Positions 36,038 to 49,235 of a DNA stretch of 61,689 nt are shown piece by piece. The notes under the pieces are model-generated. The model had not been told where the DNA came from and ran no database searches. It worked only from the letters and a program-made list of their open reading frames with translations. This DNA comes from Vicugna vicugna (lineage: Eukaryota): positions 744,001 to 805,689 of the forward strand of contig MU057503.1 of NCBI GenBank assembly GCA_013265495.1, in the 5' to 3' direction. A program made the translations under genes and the position numbers. Within the stretch, counting starts at the first letter, position 1; every line of letters begins with the position of its first letter.

Positions 36038-38199
36038 CCCTAGTGAATAAAAATACCTGAATACGTGGTTTCTCTGATGTTGTTCAGACTTACAACGCAA
36101 CCAGGGATGTCTCCAGTTTGGAGCTGATGCCCGCCATTGTGTGTGTGTGTCCTGCAGAGTTTACAGGAAGACACAGAGACAGGCAAATTCAAATTAGTTA
36201 TTTAGTTAGCAAATTCAATTTCTTGATTAACTTTGAAGTCATTGTAGGGTGATTGAGAAGGGCCTGGATTCCTGCCCCAAAGGAGCTTAAAATGTCATTG
36301 TCACTGCAGAGAAAGACATAACTAAGCGCACATACGGGGTAATAAAGATGTGAGGGAGTCTGTGAGGGGGGTTAGAGAAGGTAAATATATTGAGGGTTCT
36401 AGGTTAGAAACCAGATTTTGGACCTCAGGCTGGTTACATTGCTGTGTGTTATTTTCTTAGCCTATAAAGCAGCTAATAATGCCTCCCTACATACCTCAAA
36501 ATCACTGTGAAGTTAAAAAATAATTAAAAGGTGAGAGCATAAGTATACAAATAATAGGAACTATATTTTAGCTTAGAAATCTACATTCTTTTAAAAGTTT
36601 TAATTTGAATTTTCCTTTCTCTTTTCCCCCTGCAAATGGAAATGATGGTGGTTGGATCTGTGCTTTAAATCCTGGATTACTCGGTTAGAATTTAAGCAGA
36701 ATCTTTCATACTGAGCTATACATAAGATGGCGTTTAAAGTAGGGAAGAGTCTTTTCTGCCTGTGGGTCAAGGATTTTTTTGATTTCTTTGGAAAATTGTC
36801 ATTTCTTTTACTTCTTTAAAGATTCAGAAAAACTCTCCCATGCAGAATGTAAATTAATTCGTAAGTCTCCTTGTTGTAAAAAGAAGATGGCAAATGGGAA
36901 TATTGAATAAGCAGGGGTTTACTGACCTCTCGTGGCCACACATAAAAACTACTGCTTTTAGTATGCTGCATATAATGACAATATAAAGCTCTCTCTGAAC
37001 GCAGCCCAAATATATACTGTAAAGCATTAAGAATCATTGGCCAAGAAAAGGAGACCACAAGATGTCAACTAGTCATTCTTCCTTTTCCCAAGCAGAATCA
37101 GCCTTGGCTAGGTTCTGTTAAATCAATGGTAATTCATTTAAAAATGCTTCATTGTGTAAGTCAGAGTGATGTCAAAGTGTGTGCCAGTTTAACCTACATC
37201 ATGAGAGTGATTAGAACATTGGAAGTATTTTAATCAGAAGTCCACACTCCATGAGTGGTTAATTAGCATTTGAAAGACTATGCAGGAATCCACATTAGAG
37301 AAATGACTGACTAGAGCATTTCAAATGCTACTATCTAAATCTGCATTAGAGTTTGTTAATTAGCAAAAGAAACATATGAAATAATGTTTCTTTGGAGAAC
37401 TGGTGGTGTATGAGATATGTGGTTAGCTAGAAGATACTGTACAGGAATCTTAGCTTCTGCATGAACAGGGTATAAGAATCTGGCAAAAAATGTTTGTATG
37501 TGGAGCAGAATTTGGTCCAAATTGTGTCTTCACCCTGGTATGCCTGGTGGCGAGGTCATGAAGGAGGAGACATAGAGCTCTCACTTCTACTCTCTGAAGG
37601 CATCACATCATCGAAGGAAAACTGACAATTGTGAAATGGCTACATTGCCTGACATCAATTTTATTCTTAAAACTTAAAAGAAATTATTCCAAAAGCGGCT
37701 TTATTAATTTCTTTCCATATGTTTTATACCATATTTCATCAAGATATTCCTTCTAGTTTTTACCCCAAATCTCATCTGTTATAATTTACACGTGGTTCCA
37801 CAGAATATACAGATAAAAGAAGTGAATTAGCCACAACCAAGATATTTTTCTGGCAGAGTTAGCTTTCAAAAAAAGTCCATGGTTAAAGACACTGGATTTA
37901 GGGAGCGGTTAGAAGGTGGCCCTGTTCTCTGCGTGCTGGAGCTAGCTGGGGGTTGCTCGGACATCTTAGTAGGCACCGTTGGTAGCCTAAAATGTAGTCA
38001 TCCTTTTTCTGTGCGCAAGAAGCCTGTGCTATGTTAACGCCACTAATCTGTCAATTTTAGAAGGGGAATTGGCAATAATGAAGTTGAGATGGTGATGTTA
38101 TTTTTTTTAATGTTTTGTTTCATGTAAGTAAGTATATACTTTAAAAATGGATTGCACCATACCTCTAAAAATGGATTTGTGCTGCTTTGAAATCTGCAT

Positions 38200-38636
38200 T
38201 CAGAACTCGAAAGTTAGCCTTAAGGCCGCGTAAGATCTGGCCTCAGGGAATCTCTGGACCTCACCTCCTGTCCTTTGCCCTCATTCGCTCTTGTCTGACT
38301 GCACCAGCCTCCCTGCTCATCACACTCCCGCCCAGAGCCGTGCTGTCCCCATTGCCTTGGAATATTCTTCCACCTCTGACAACTCTCCTTTCTCCATCAG
38401 ATCTCTGCTCAAATGTCACTCAGATGGGAGTCCCGTGTGACTTTCTTTCTCTAAAACATTAGCCTCCATCACACTCCAGCCTCCTTATCTGCTTCATTTT
38501 TCCCACAGGACTTAGCCTGCATGTATCTACTTGCCTGTTTACCTCTCTCACTGGAAAGTAAGCGCCAAGCAGGCAGAGAATTTGTGCCTAGTTCAGAGAG
38601 AGTGATCAGCAAAGAGTTACTGGCTGAATAAATGAC
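38200..38636 (+). mobile_element. L2 LINE 3' fragment
   Basis: ccccattgccttggaatattcttcc...tctctgctcaaatgtcact...gcaggcagagaatttgtg...ctggctgaataaatga. Confidence 0.7.
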
Positions 38637-38984
38637 TCTTCCCATGTCCATGACCACATGTCTATCTTACTATTAAGTTTCTGAAGTTGTAGAATAAAAC
38701 ACAAATGCCCAAAATTGCACAGAATACATTTGTAGCTTAATTAATTATTATAAAGTAAGCACCTTTGTAATCACCGTTTCAGGTCAGGACATCGCTCTCC
38801 CAGACACTCATTCAGTAAATCCATGTGCCTCATTCTGCTCACACCCCCGGCCTCCCCATGAAATCATCCGCTATGCTGATTTTTATAGTAATCACATCTT
38901 TGTGTTTCTATAGAGTTTTAGTATCCAAGTGTGCATCCCTAGTGTCTTAGTTTAGTCTTGCCCAGATTTTGGGTTTGTCTTCTA

Positions 38985-41420
38985 ATTTTCTCCACGTCCT
39001 TGCCAGCACGTGTTATTTCTTGCCTTTTTGATAATAACAGTTCTAACAGGAACGAGCTGATGTCTTATTGTGGTTTTGATTGACATTTCCCTAATAGTTC
39101 GTGAGGTTGAACATCTGTTCACGTGCCTGTTGGTCATCGCTGTGTCTTTGGAAAAGAATGTCTATTCAGATACTTTGCCCATTTTTAACTGGGTTATTTG
39201 TTCTTTTACTGTTGTTGAGTTGTATGAGTTTTCCTTATGTATGTTGGATATTAACCCCCTATTGGTTACACGATTTGCAAATATCTTCTCCCATTTAGTA
39301 GGTTGTCCTTTCAGTGTTAAGGTTTCGTTTGCTGTGCAGCGGCTTTTTGGTTGACATAGTCCCATCTGTTTATTTTTGCTTTTGTTTCCTTTGCCTGAGG
39401 AGACATATCCAGAAGAATATTGCTAAGACTGTTGTCAAGTGATGCACTGCCTGTGTTTTCTTGTAGGAGTTTTATGGTTTCAGATCTTCAAGTCTTTAAT
39501 CCATTTTGAGCTGAATTTAATCCATTTTTGTATATGTTATGAGATAGGTGCTCTGGTTTCGTTTTTGGGAGTGTGGCTGCCCCATTTTCCCAACATCATT
39601 TGTTAAAGAGACTATTCTTTCTCCATCGTCTGTTCTTTGTTCCTTTGTTGTAAGTTAATTGTCCACGTATGCAGGGGTTTATTTCTGGGCTTTCACTTGT
39701 GTTCTGTTGATCTGTGTGTGTCTGTTTTTCGGCCAACACCACGCTGTTCTGATTACAGTCACTTTGGTGTAATCTGGAATCAGGGAATGTGATACTTCCA
39801 GTTTTGTCCTTTTGTCTCTGGATTTCTTTGGCTATTTGGGGTCTTTTGTGGTTCCATATAAATTTTAGAGTTTTTGGTTTCTTCTATTTCTGAGAAAAAT
39901 GTCAGTGGGATTTTGATAGGGATTGCATTGAATCTGTAGATTTCTTTAGGTAATATGGACATTTTAACAAAGTCAATTTTCCAACCCCTGAGTATGGAAT
40001 AGTTTTCCATTTATTTGTGTCTTCTTCAGTTTCTTTCAACAATGTCTTATAATTTTCCGCGTCTAGGTCTTTCTACCTCCTTGATTATATTTATCCCTAG
40101 GTATTTTGTTCCTTTTGTTGTAATTGTAATTGAAATGATTTTTAAAATTTCCTTTCTGCTAGCTCATTGTTAGTGTATAGAAACACAACAGATTTTTGTA
40201 TGTGATTTTGTACCCTGAGACTTTACTATATTTGATTATTATTTCTAATAGCTTTTTGGTGGCGTCTTAGGGTTTCCTATATGCAAAATCATGTCCTCTG
40301 CAAACTGGGATAGTTTGATGTCTTCCTTTCCAATGTGGATGTCTTCCACTTCCTTTTCTTGCCTGACTCCTCTGGCCAGGACTTCCAGTGCTACGTGGAA
40401 TAAGAGAGATGAGAGTATTGTTCCTTATTTTAGAGAGAGAGCTTTCAGTTTTTCACTGTTTAGTATGATATTAGATGTGATTTTTGTCATACATGGTCTT
40501 TATTATGTCGAGGTACATTTCTTCTGTACCCATCTTATTGAAAGTTTTTATTATAAGGGGGTGTTGAATCTTGTCACGTTTTTTATGCATCTATTGAGGT
40601 GATCATATGATTTTGATACTTCTTTTTGTTAATGTAATGCATCACACTGATTTGCAGATGTTGAACCATTTTTGTACCCCTGAAATAAATCCTACATGAT
40701 GATGGTATATAATCCTTTTACTTTATTGTTCTATTTGCGTTGCTGATATTTTATTGAGAATTTTTCTATCTGTGTTCATCAGAGATACTGGCCTATAATT
40801 TTTGTTGTATGTATTGTTTGGTCTGGTTTTGGTATCAGGGTAATTTTGGCCTCTTAAAATATGTTAGGTAGCATTCCTTCTTCTTCGGTTTTTTGTAAGA
40901 GTTTCAGAAGGATAGGTATTAAATCTTTGTTCTGTAGAAATCACCTGCAAAGTCAGCTGGTCCTGGACTTCAGTTTACTGGGAGGTTCAATCTCCTCACC
41001 ACGGGCTGGTCTGTTCAGATTTTCTCTTTCTTCCTGATTCAGCCTTGGAAGGTTATATGATTCTAAGAATTTGTCCATTTCTTCTGGGTTGTTCAATTTG
41101 TTAGCATAGAGCTGCTAATAATACTCTACTATAGTCCTTTGTATTTCTGTACTATCCCTTGTTAGTTTTCCTTTTTTGTTTCTGATTTTATTAGAGCCTT
41201 TTCTCTTTTTTTATTAGTGAATTTAGTTAAAAGTTTGTCAGTTTATCTTTTCAAAAAAGCAGCTCTTTGTTTTATTGATTTTTTTTCCTGTTGTCTTTCT
41301 AGTCTCTATTTCATTTATTTTCTGATCTTTATTATTTCCTTTCTTCTCCTGGCCTTGGGTTTCATTTGCTTTTCTTTTTCTAGTTCCTTTAGGTGTAAGG
41401 TTAGATGTTTCTTCCTCTGA
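38985..41420 (-). mobile_element. L1 ORF2 segment, ~2.4 kb, decayed
   Basis: ORF pieces [20 protein letters not shown] (39780-40010), QPTKWEKIFAN (39162-39365) and KINEIETRKT...KTKSCFFEKIN (41238-41552). Confidence 0.92.
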
Positions 41421-41829
41421 ATTAAACTTATATCTTAATTCTGTGCTCTTCAGGGTCATATTCTGATTTTCAGGTACATGAGCCCTATGGTTTAAGTAGA
41501 TACAGGAGATTTGTTTAAGCCAATCAGAGGAGACTACTGGTTTTCTGACCATGTTTTAAAATAAAAATGAAGAATCTCCAAGCTCTTCAAGACAGTTGTT
41601 GTATCGCCCACTCCCACTTGAACTACCAAGCAATCTCGTGAAGCTCTGCCTGCCGCAGGTGCTCCATTCTAAGAAATCGCAGGTGATAATTTAAGCAGTC
41701 ATTTTGCTAATGCATAAACTACAAATGCCTCCTTTTTCATAGTGTTTAGATAATCCCTGTCTTCAGATAACCAATTCCACATTTCTGTCCGCTTGGAAGT
41801 CCAGTCCCCGCAACTGCTTGGAGCATCTG

Positions 41830-42850
41830 TGCCAGTCCAGCTTTAGTGCAGGAAATAGTCACCAACCTACGTATTTTAAGTGGAAAGAGATATAACACAG
41901 GGAACAAAATCCTTGAAAGAGCTGATGGAACGGAAAGCAGGAGGGACCAATAGAATGATTGAGTTCAGGATCACAATACAATGCAGTCCTCCCTGCCTCT
42001 GGGTTCTGGCAGTGACCCCCTCTTCATGTATTTCAGGCCTTGAGAGGTAACTGCCACTGTCACAAGCTTCAGAGTACTGTTAACCCCTTTCAGCAGTCTC
42101 TTTATGAAAACTTTTCTCAGGCTTTCCCTAGCTAGATGTTTCTTACTGATCTACAAATCTAATCTTTTAGATATTCTAATATGCCAAATTCTCTTCAATA
42201 TTGCAAATGATTTAGATGTAACTATATACCAAGACCAAACCACTGATTACAAATTTTTATTCTTGAACCTAACACAAAAAAATTTTAATATTCTGCCTGG
42301 AGGTAAAATATACTTACTCATGAAGACTGCTCCTAATGGCTGCCTAGGTGGTTCCCTGAACAACTCTGGGGGCAACATTCACATCAACTACTATGTAAGG
42401 GGCAGACTCCAGAGTGGGCGGTGCACACCCAGTAAAGTTGCATATGGTGGCCCTTATTCCAAGAGCATGGAGCTTATCCTTTCAAGCAAATTGAGGCAAA
42501 AATTCCCTGCACGCTGAGGCTGCTGATTGGCTGGAGAATTTTGTCTTGGTCTAAGATTTGATTCTCTCCTTGCTACTGACCAGTATGAGATTCTTTCTCT
42601 TTTCAATTCCATGCCCTGCAGACAATGTGTTCTCACAGTACAATGTCCCAGATTCACTCTGAACGTTACCTAATTCTGTCTGATTTGAGTCTGAAAATCC
42701 CATCCCAGGTTACTTCACCAGTTGATTGAATTTAATTAATCTGTTTATTGCCTGCTTCCTCTCAGTTCTTCCTGTCTGGCTAGGCCATAGCCTTAAAGCT
42801 ATCCAATGTCCTCAGATTGCATCCTGAATCTCTCTCTCGTCTTTCTCAGC
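41830..42850 (-). mobile_element. Very old MaLR LTR (MLT1M/N-like, to about 42251) plus probable internal sequence
   Basis: agtgcaggaaatagtcacc...tattttaagtggaaagagatataacacaggga resembles old MLT1 ends. The adjacent part loosely resembles the MLT-int 3' end. Confidence 0.4.
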
Positions 42851-45420
42851 AACACAGCAGGAGAGTGATTATGAATAAGGGGATGGTGACACAAAACGAG
42901 ACTGAAGATGTAGGCAGAGGTCAGTCATAAGGAAACAAGCCTTTGAAAAGTATTTTTTTCCCCACAAGGAAATCTATATTTTATTTTATTTTTCAGTTTT
43001 ATTGAGGTATAATTGACAAAATTGTGGAAGAAAAAAGGTAAAATAAAAGGTTAAAAAATTATCCACTCGCGCTACATTCACTGAAAGAATACTAGTTGAG
43101 GCTTTGCTTACACTAGATAATTCTAAGTGCTGAGTGAAGAGGTGAACTCAAGTCCCTACGCTCAAAGTCTCTGCTCTCAGTGGAAGTAAATTCAGAATGC
43201 TGAGACGAAATGGCCAGTGCTGCCTTCAGAAAGAAAGACACAGATAAAATTTGGGGTTTGGTTTTATTTATTTTTTTTTTTAGACGTGTTCCATTGATCC
43301 TGCTTTGTCCATTATTTTGTTGAACTTTGTCTAAGTGCTCTGTTGGCCAGTAGTTCATAAGTTTGCTAGTTGATTTCCATAAAATGTTTATATTTATATA
43401 TCCAGAAACATTGACTGATAAAGTATTCTTCTTTTATCTGTTCTTTCTTGAACTTTATTAGCATCAAAAGCCCCCTAAATATTACTCACCAGGTAAAGAA
43501 ACATGTCAGAAGGAGAGGCTTTTAGTAAATGTGTGTAAAGTAACTTTATAACCCAAAATATGTTGTAGAAATTTCCTTCTTCTTGCAGTTTTACAGTTGT
43601 GATTTTAAAATATTCAATAGAAGTCTCTTCAGAGATTTTGGGACAGAAAGCTAAATTCTATGGAGAAGTATGCCTTCCTTAAAAATCTATTTAGGTTGAA
43701 ATCACGGCATATTGTGTTTAAAACAAGGAAAATAATCTTGACAATAGAAACAGGGTGTTCTTCTTGTTCTAAAATACATTCACTTGAGTTTTGGAAAACA
43801 GGTCATAGTTTCATTGAATACATCCGAGTTCTAAAATTCCCTCATTTAGAAAGATGTGAATTTTGCAAATAGGAGGTGAAAGTTGGATTGTTTTAGAACA
43901 AACAAAATAAACAAATCCACAACCCCATCTGAAGGTCTTTGTGAGACAGGCCACCTTTGGGACTCTTAATGTAACAGTGCCATATTGTTGAGTATTGCTG
44001 ATAATATTAATTGTTGACTATTGAACTGGTAATAGCAACTGGGCAGGGAGGGATTCATTCTGCTCAGGCAAATCCCAGTGCTAAATAAATATTTATTGAA
44101 TGCTCAGGCATTCAGACAGAATCTTGAGCTACAACAATAAAAAGACTCAAAAGCTCTTAATTCAGAGAAAATTTCCTTCCTCAGTATCTGTCTGGGAAAC
44201 ACACATGGGTCCTGACGTTCTATATGGTACACACAGCTAAGAGCACGCAACCAGCATCCCCCAGGTCCTGCCTGTCTTTGGAACATCACTCACTTTTTCA
44301 TGTTGGCACAGGCCTCTTGTTTAGCATTGCTGAGAAACGGCGTAGTCACAGATCTTCTAATACTTTGGATAACTGATGTTCAGTCACGGTATCAGCCAGT
44401 GTTCATTCAAGCAAATAGAAGTTGCTGTTTGTGTAAGAATGTAGGGAATCAGAGGTTCCCTGCTTGTCAGATGGGATCAAGGGCAGGTCGAGAAGCCCAC
44501 TGCCAATAATCTCAGCCAGCACCACGGAAGTGGGTGGTCCTCGAGGGCGGGAGAGGCCCTGCTGGGTGCTTCTCACCTGCTGTCTGCTCAGCATCTGCCC
44601 GCAACTGCCAGTAGAGCGTAACAGCCTCTTCTCCCCCTTGGAGTCTCCCCAAGTGCCTCCTCCCAATTCTCAAACCCCCCCCCCCCCCGCTGAACACCCT
44701 TTTACAAAAGAGGCTTGACAAAGTTCACTGTGAGTTCAACTTTCTTTGTCATCCGCCAACTATAGGATCACATTTTGGTTCTGATTTTCAAATATCTCAA
44801 CCCTGTAGCTACAGGAAATAGAAGATTCTTTCAGGACAATCATAAAGGCTCTTTGGTTCTCTGACTTCTTGAGAATTTAGAAGCTTGCCTTCTATAAGCT
44901 ACCGTGTTACGTACTCAACTCCATAGTCCTTGTTGTCAGATTTCCTACTAGAACATTCTATTGCAATAGTCCTGGTAGTCTTTCAACACTTAGTTTTCTC
45001 TAGACACTTAATTCCAGGCAACTAGGAGTGGAAATTTAAGGAATTATTTTGCCACTCCATGCTAAGCACCAAGAACTCTTACTTCTTACCAGCAAAGAGG
45101 TTATTACTTCCTATAACTTCATTCAGATCTTGGAACACATCCCAGATTCCCTTCTTTGAGCTTCTGTTTTACTGAAACTGTGCCAATACTAAATGTTCTA
45201 AGAGCCAGAGTTTGGTCATTAAAGCAGAATTCATTTTGTATGTTTCAAGCATGAAGGGTTTTAAAAGAGGAAATTAAAGACCTACATGTCATCTGAAAGG
45301 CTAGGGGGTCAGAATCAGAAAAGACATTTCTGAGAGCCCCGTCCTGAAACACTGAAGTGGCGGATCTCAAGACCTCACTGAGATACCCCTGTGAATCCTG
45401 TGTCTGCTGACTCCCTGTGT

Positions 45421-45746
45421 GAGGGGTTGGCAGACTATGGCGATGGGAAAAACGTGGTTTTGTACGGGTGTGTGAGCTAAGAATAGATTCATTCTTTTAA
45501 GTGGTCAAAGAAAAAAAACCCACAGCAGAATATTTTGTGTCATGTGATGATTACATAGAATTCAATTTCAATGTCTATAAATACAGGTTTATTGGAACAT
45601 AGCTGCACTCACTTGTTTCTGTATTGTTTATGACTACTTTTGCATTGCAATGGCAGAGTTTAGTACTTATGACAGAAAATGTATGGCCTGCAAAGATGAA
45701 AGTATTTACTGTGCAGCCCTTCACAGTGTAAGTTTGTTGATCACTG
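45421..45746. mobile_element. MER58B-like hAT-Charlie MITE
   Basis: aggggttggcagactatgg...gagctaagaat...tttattggaacatagc...tatggcctgcaaag...tatttactgtgcagcccttcacag...gtttgttgatcactg. Confidence 0.85.
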
Positions 45747-45944
45747 GTCTGTGCGTCTGATTGCAGGGACTTCTGCCAAATACTGGCTCCCTTTCTCTCC
45801 TGCTCTCTGAGTTGAATGAAAGTGTCGCACTGGCAAACCCTCATAATCATACGGGGAAAATAATTTTGAGAAATGTCACTCTCGGGTTCTCCCCTGGATT
45901 GCAGAAAAGCGGTAATACTGAGTTGTCATCAAACAATTGAGAAT

Positions 45945-46560
45945 AGTGATGCTATGGCTGGTGAGCCCCAAGACCACTTTTAGGTTAAATAATTAGCGAG
46001 AAGGACTCGCAGAACTCAGAAGGGCTGTCATACTCACTCTTATGGTTTGTTACAGCAAAGGGATACCGAGGAAAAGCAGCAAAAGAGAAAGACTCACAAC
46101 GCAGAGTCCAGGAGAGGCCAGACGTGAGTGTCTAAATGGCCTCTCCTAAGCAGAGTCCCACAGACAGCGTTTAATTCTCTCTGCAGTGACATGTCATAGC
46201 ACACACGGAGTATCTTCTGCCAGGGAAACCCAACCAAACCTGGTGTCCGTTCCATGACTTTTATTGGAGGTTGGTCACACTGGCGTGGCTGATGGCCCAC
46301 GTGGGTGACCTTATTTACTCGGTTTCCAGCCCCACCAGAGGTCAAGCGGACACCACATGGCACACGGCCCCGCTATGGGTAACATTGTTAGCATTAACTG
46401 TCTGGAGTGGCCCAAGGCCCCAGACAAACAGATACGCTTGTTAGGCTGGATATTCCAGAGTCATAGAGAGTATCTCTTAGGAACCAGACAAGGAAACTTT
46501 TCTCTGGAATGTGCAGGATTTGGACAACCCAGGCCTGCAGAGATAATCCTTTATTCCACC
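45945..46560 (-). mobile_element. MER77/MER21-group ERVL LTR
   Basis: ccccaagaccact...gaaggactcgcagaactcaga...tggaatgtgcaggatttggacaacccaggcctgc. Confidence 0.75.
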
Positions 46561-46629
46561 CCTAGACTCCCTGAAATTTGGATCTCTAGGAACCTCAGAG
46601 ATTATCCAATTAAATCTCTTTTTTGTGGA

Positions 46630-46838
46630 TGAAAAAATAGGGGCTTTGGAATCAGAGATGTGGGTTTAAATCCCAATTTCACTACTTACAGGCTGTGTGG
46701 CCTTGGAAAAGTTATTTAACTTCTTTAGGCCCATTTTTCCCCTTGCAGATTCACAGTTAATAGGATTACAGTAAGGGCTAAGTAGCACGAACTTGTAAAA
46801 CTTCTTAAGTCAGATCAGTGGTTGAAACATGGTAGGTA
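46630..46838 (+). mobile_element. MIR SINE
   Basis: ggctttggaatcagagatgtgggtttaaatccca...ctgtgtggccttggaaaagttatttaac. Confidence 0.8.
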
Positions 46839-46839
46839 C

Positions 46840-47600
46840 AGGGATCACCGGCATCATGGCGGCAAGACACACTCCGTTTGTCTCTCTGATTCAGTCCTCA
46901 GCTGTTAAACATCCATAACTCAACTAAGGTTCCTCAACCAAGGTGCTCCAGCCACCAGGACGCCAGACAGACCCACACAGCTGTATTGCTGAAGATGGGT
47001 GGGCTGGAGCACTAGAGGAGGCAGAACTGGGGGAACCGTGGAGGCAGCGTCTGCAGTCCTGGCCTCCACCCGTGGGACCAGAGGACTACTAGCCACAGAG
47101 GAGTAGGCACTCATGGCTTTGACCTCCTGGCCACAGTAGCACCCGTGGCCACAGGGAACCAGGCAGTTGTAGGGGCCGAGCTCACAACCCTGGTTCCTGC
47201 CCAAGACTCCAGCATCCCTGGCCGTGGCTGCAGTGCCTGTGATCCTGACAACCCCGGATACAGAGGAGACACCCCTGACCCCAGTTCCTTCCCCACTCCC
47301 CTCGCCCATCTTCCTCACAAGCCCATCGCAGTGGCCGTGCCCCCAGCCCCAGGGACCTTGGGTGTAGTGGAGGTGCCTGACAACCTGGTATCTCTGGAGG
47401 TGACGCCAGTGACAGCACCAGCAGTCCTGGAAACATAAGCAGTGACAGGGCGACAGGAAATATTACCATCATCATCATCATCACTGACAGCTGTAGCTGC
47501 AGCAGAAATAATAGTAACACCAAACTCGTCAAGCTGCACTTGCAGCACACTGCCTTCCACCTCTGCCAGGGCCCTTGTGCGGCCCTGCCTCCCGGGGCTC
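46840..47600 (+). mobile_element. Probable L1 5'UTR (promoter) remnant without ORF1
   Basis: Begins with YY1-like catcatggcggc followed by tttgtctctct, as at mammalian L1 5' ends. The GC-rich body has recurring cctgacaacc and cagcag/gtgac motifs. No frame stays open throughout. Confidence 0.5.
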
Positions 47601-49049
47601 TTACAGCTTCTGGAAGGAAATACTGTGGTAAAGGAAGATACGCGTGGAATCGTTGTTTTAGATTTTTCTCTGGAATTTAAGGTTAGTTTTCCTCTATCTT
47701 AGTCTTATATTTTTATTTAGTTTAGGTTAAAAAAAAAAAAAGGAGCTTGGAAAGGCCAGGCTAATCAAGGTCTGGAGGGAGATGGACAAAGTTTGTGAGA
47801 AAAATAATAAAGACAGGGTTGTTTATGAGAAAAGGATTTAGACCTGTGTTCCCTGGCTCTCGGGGGAATGTCAGTGGCAAACTGGACTGTATCTTTAAAA
47901 GTACACTGACCTTTACCTTTCCCCCGTTTTGTCAATGTAAGTAACAGTGAACAGCTGTGGGAAACCTGAGACCGGAGCTGTACTTGTTCTCCTCCCGGAG
48001 GAGGGGCGATGCTCAGACAGCTGGGGGCTGTGCAGTGGGCGGAGGGGACGGAGCCTGAGTCAGGACCAAGGCGGTGGGAAGGAAGTGAGCTGTCCTGGCC
48101 TGGGGTTCTCCCGGAAGGAATAATACCCACGGGCTAGGAGGCTTCGCTTCATACCTTCTCTTCCGCTGGTTCTCCTGCCTCCCTGTCCACCACGGAGCCC
48201 GGCCCAGGCCGTTGGAGCACTCGCCAAGGACTCAGAATACGAGAGACGGTAATGTGCTCTTCTATCACGTTCCGTCGGGAAGATGAATTTGATTTCCAAA
48301 CTACCAATTTAGATGCTTCCTATGTGTCTTTACTATAATCCTTTGAAAAGAAGGAGCTGCTTAGCACTTTGAGGGGGTTTGGCGTGGGCTGTCCTTCTGT
48401 CAAGGGGAAGAGCCCCCTCTCGAGTGGAGCTGGGTTTCCCAGCAGCTGGGGTCAGCCTTGTTAGGTATGTCCAGAAAATGTGTAGGTTCCAGGTGTCTTT
48501 TTTTTTTTTTTTTTTTTTTTTGAGAGAGACTAGAGAATCTCTTGGGAGTGAGTCCTCCTCTTGGTCCTCTAGCTTGACCCGGAAAGGCAGAAGTGAGGGG
48601 TAATTCTGAGCGCTGTGTGTTGCTGGTTCCTTAGTCCCATCCTTAGGGCCTCAGTGGGGTGCAGCGGGGGTGGAGTGGTGATGGTGTATCATCACCGAAA
48701 TCTGAAAGAGCTGTGTCACAAATCTCTGTTAGACTGTAGGGTGCCAAGACTAATGTCCTGGTACTTCATGTCACTCTCCCAAACCAGCTTCAGCACCAGA
48801 GGGGCTCCAGTGTGACACTGGTGGGTGATGGTGCCCGGAAGCTATGACGGTGCTCTCTGCTGGGAGACGGTGATGCCTGGAGGGCACTGAGGTTGAGGGG
48901 GTACATTATCAGGGAGATGGAGCAGAGGGAAGACGCTGGGCAATTTCAGAACAGATAAATGGAGAGTACACTTCATTAGCTTCTGGTAGGTAGGATTCAG
49001 GGGGCTGGAGTCCCACATGGGGAGGCAGGAAAAAGAGCAAGTGAAAATA

Positions 49050-49235
49050 TATTTGTGAGCCAAGCACTTTAGATAGATTATATCATTTAATCCTATAACA
49101 ACCTTAAGAATTGTATGCTAATTTGTCCCCATTTTCTAGATGAGACTTTTAAGAAGATAGTTTAAGTTGTCCTTGGTCACTTGTCCAGCAAGTGAAGGAT
49201 ACAGGTTTAAATCTCAGTGTGATTCCAGAGCCCTC
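49050..49235 (-). mobile_element. MIR SINE
   Basis: tcatttaatcctataacaacc...ccccattttctagatgagac...ggtttaaatctcagtgtgattccagagccc. Confidence 0.7.

Noticed and set aside
42104..42517. 137-aa ATG-initiated ORF
   Set aside because: No recognisable domain, and it overlaps a probable old MaLR LTR/internal sequence in antisense.
46920..47702. Overlapping mucin-like Pro/Thr/Ser-rich ORFs
   Set aside because: Each frame is interrupted by stops and no clear splice sites bound them. A GC-rich repeat-derived 5'UTR explains them better.
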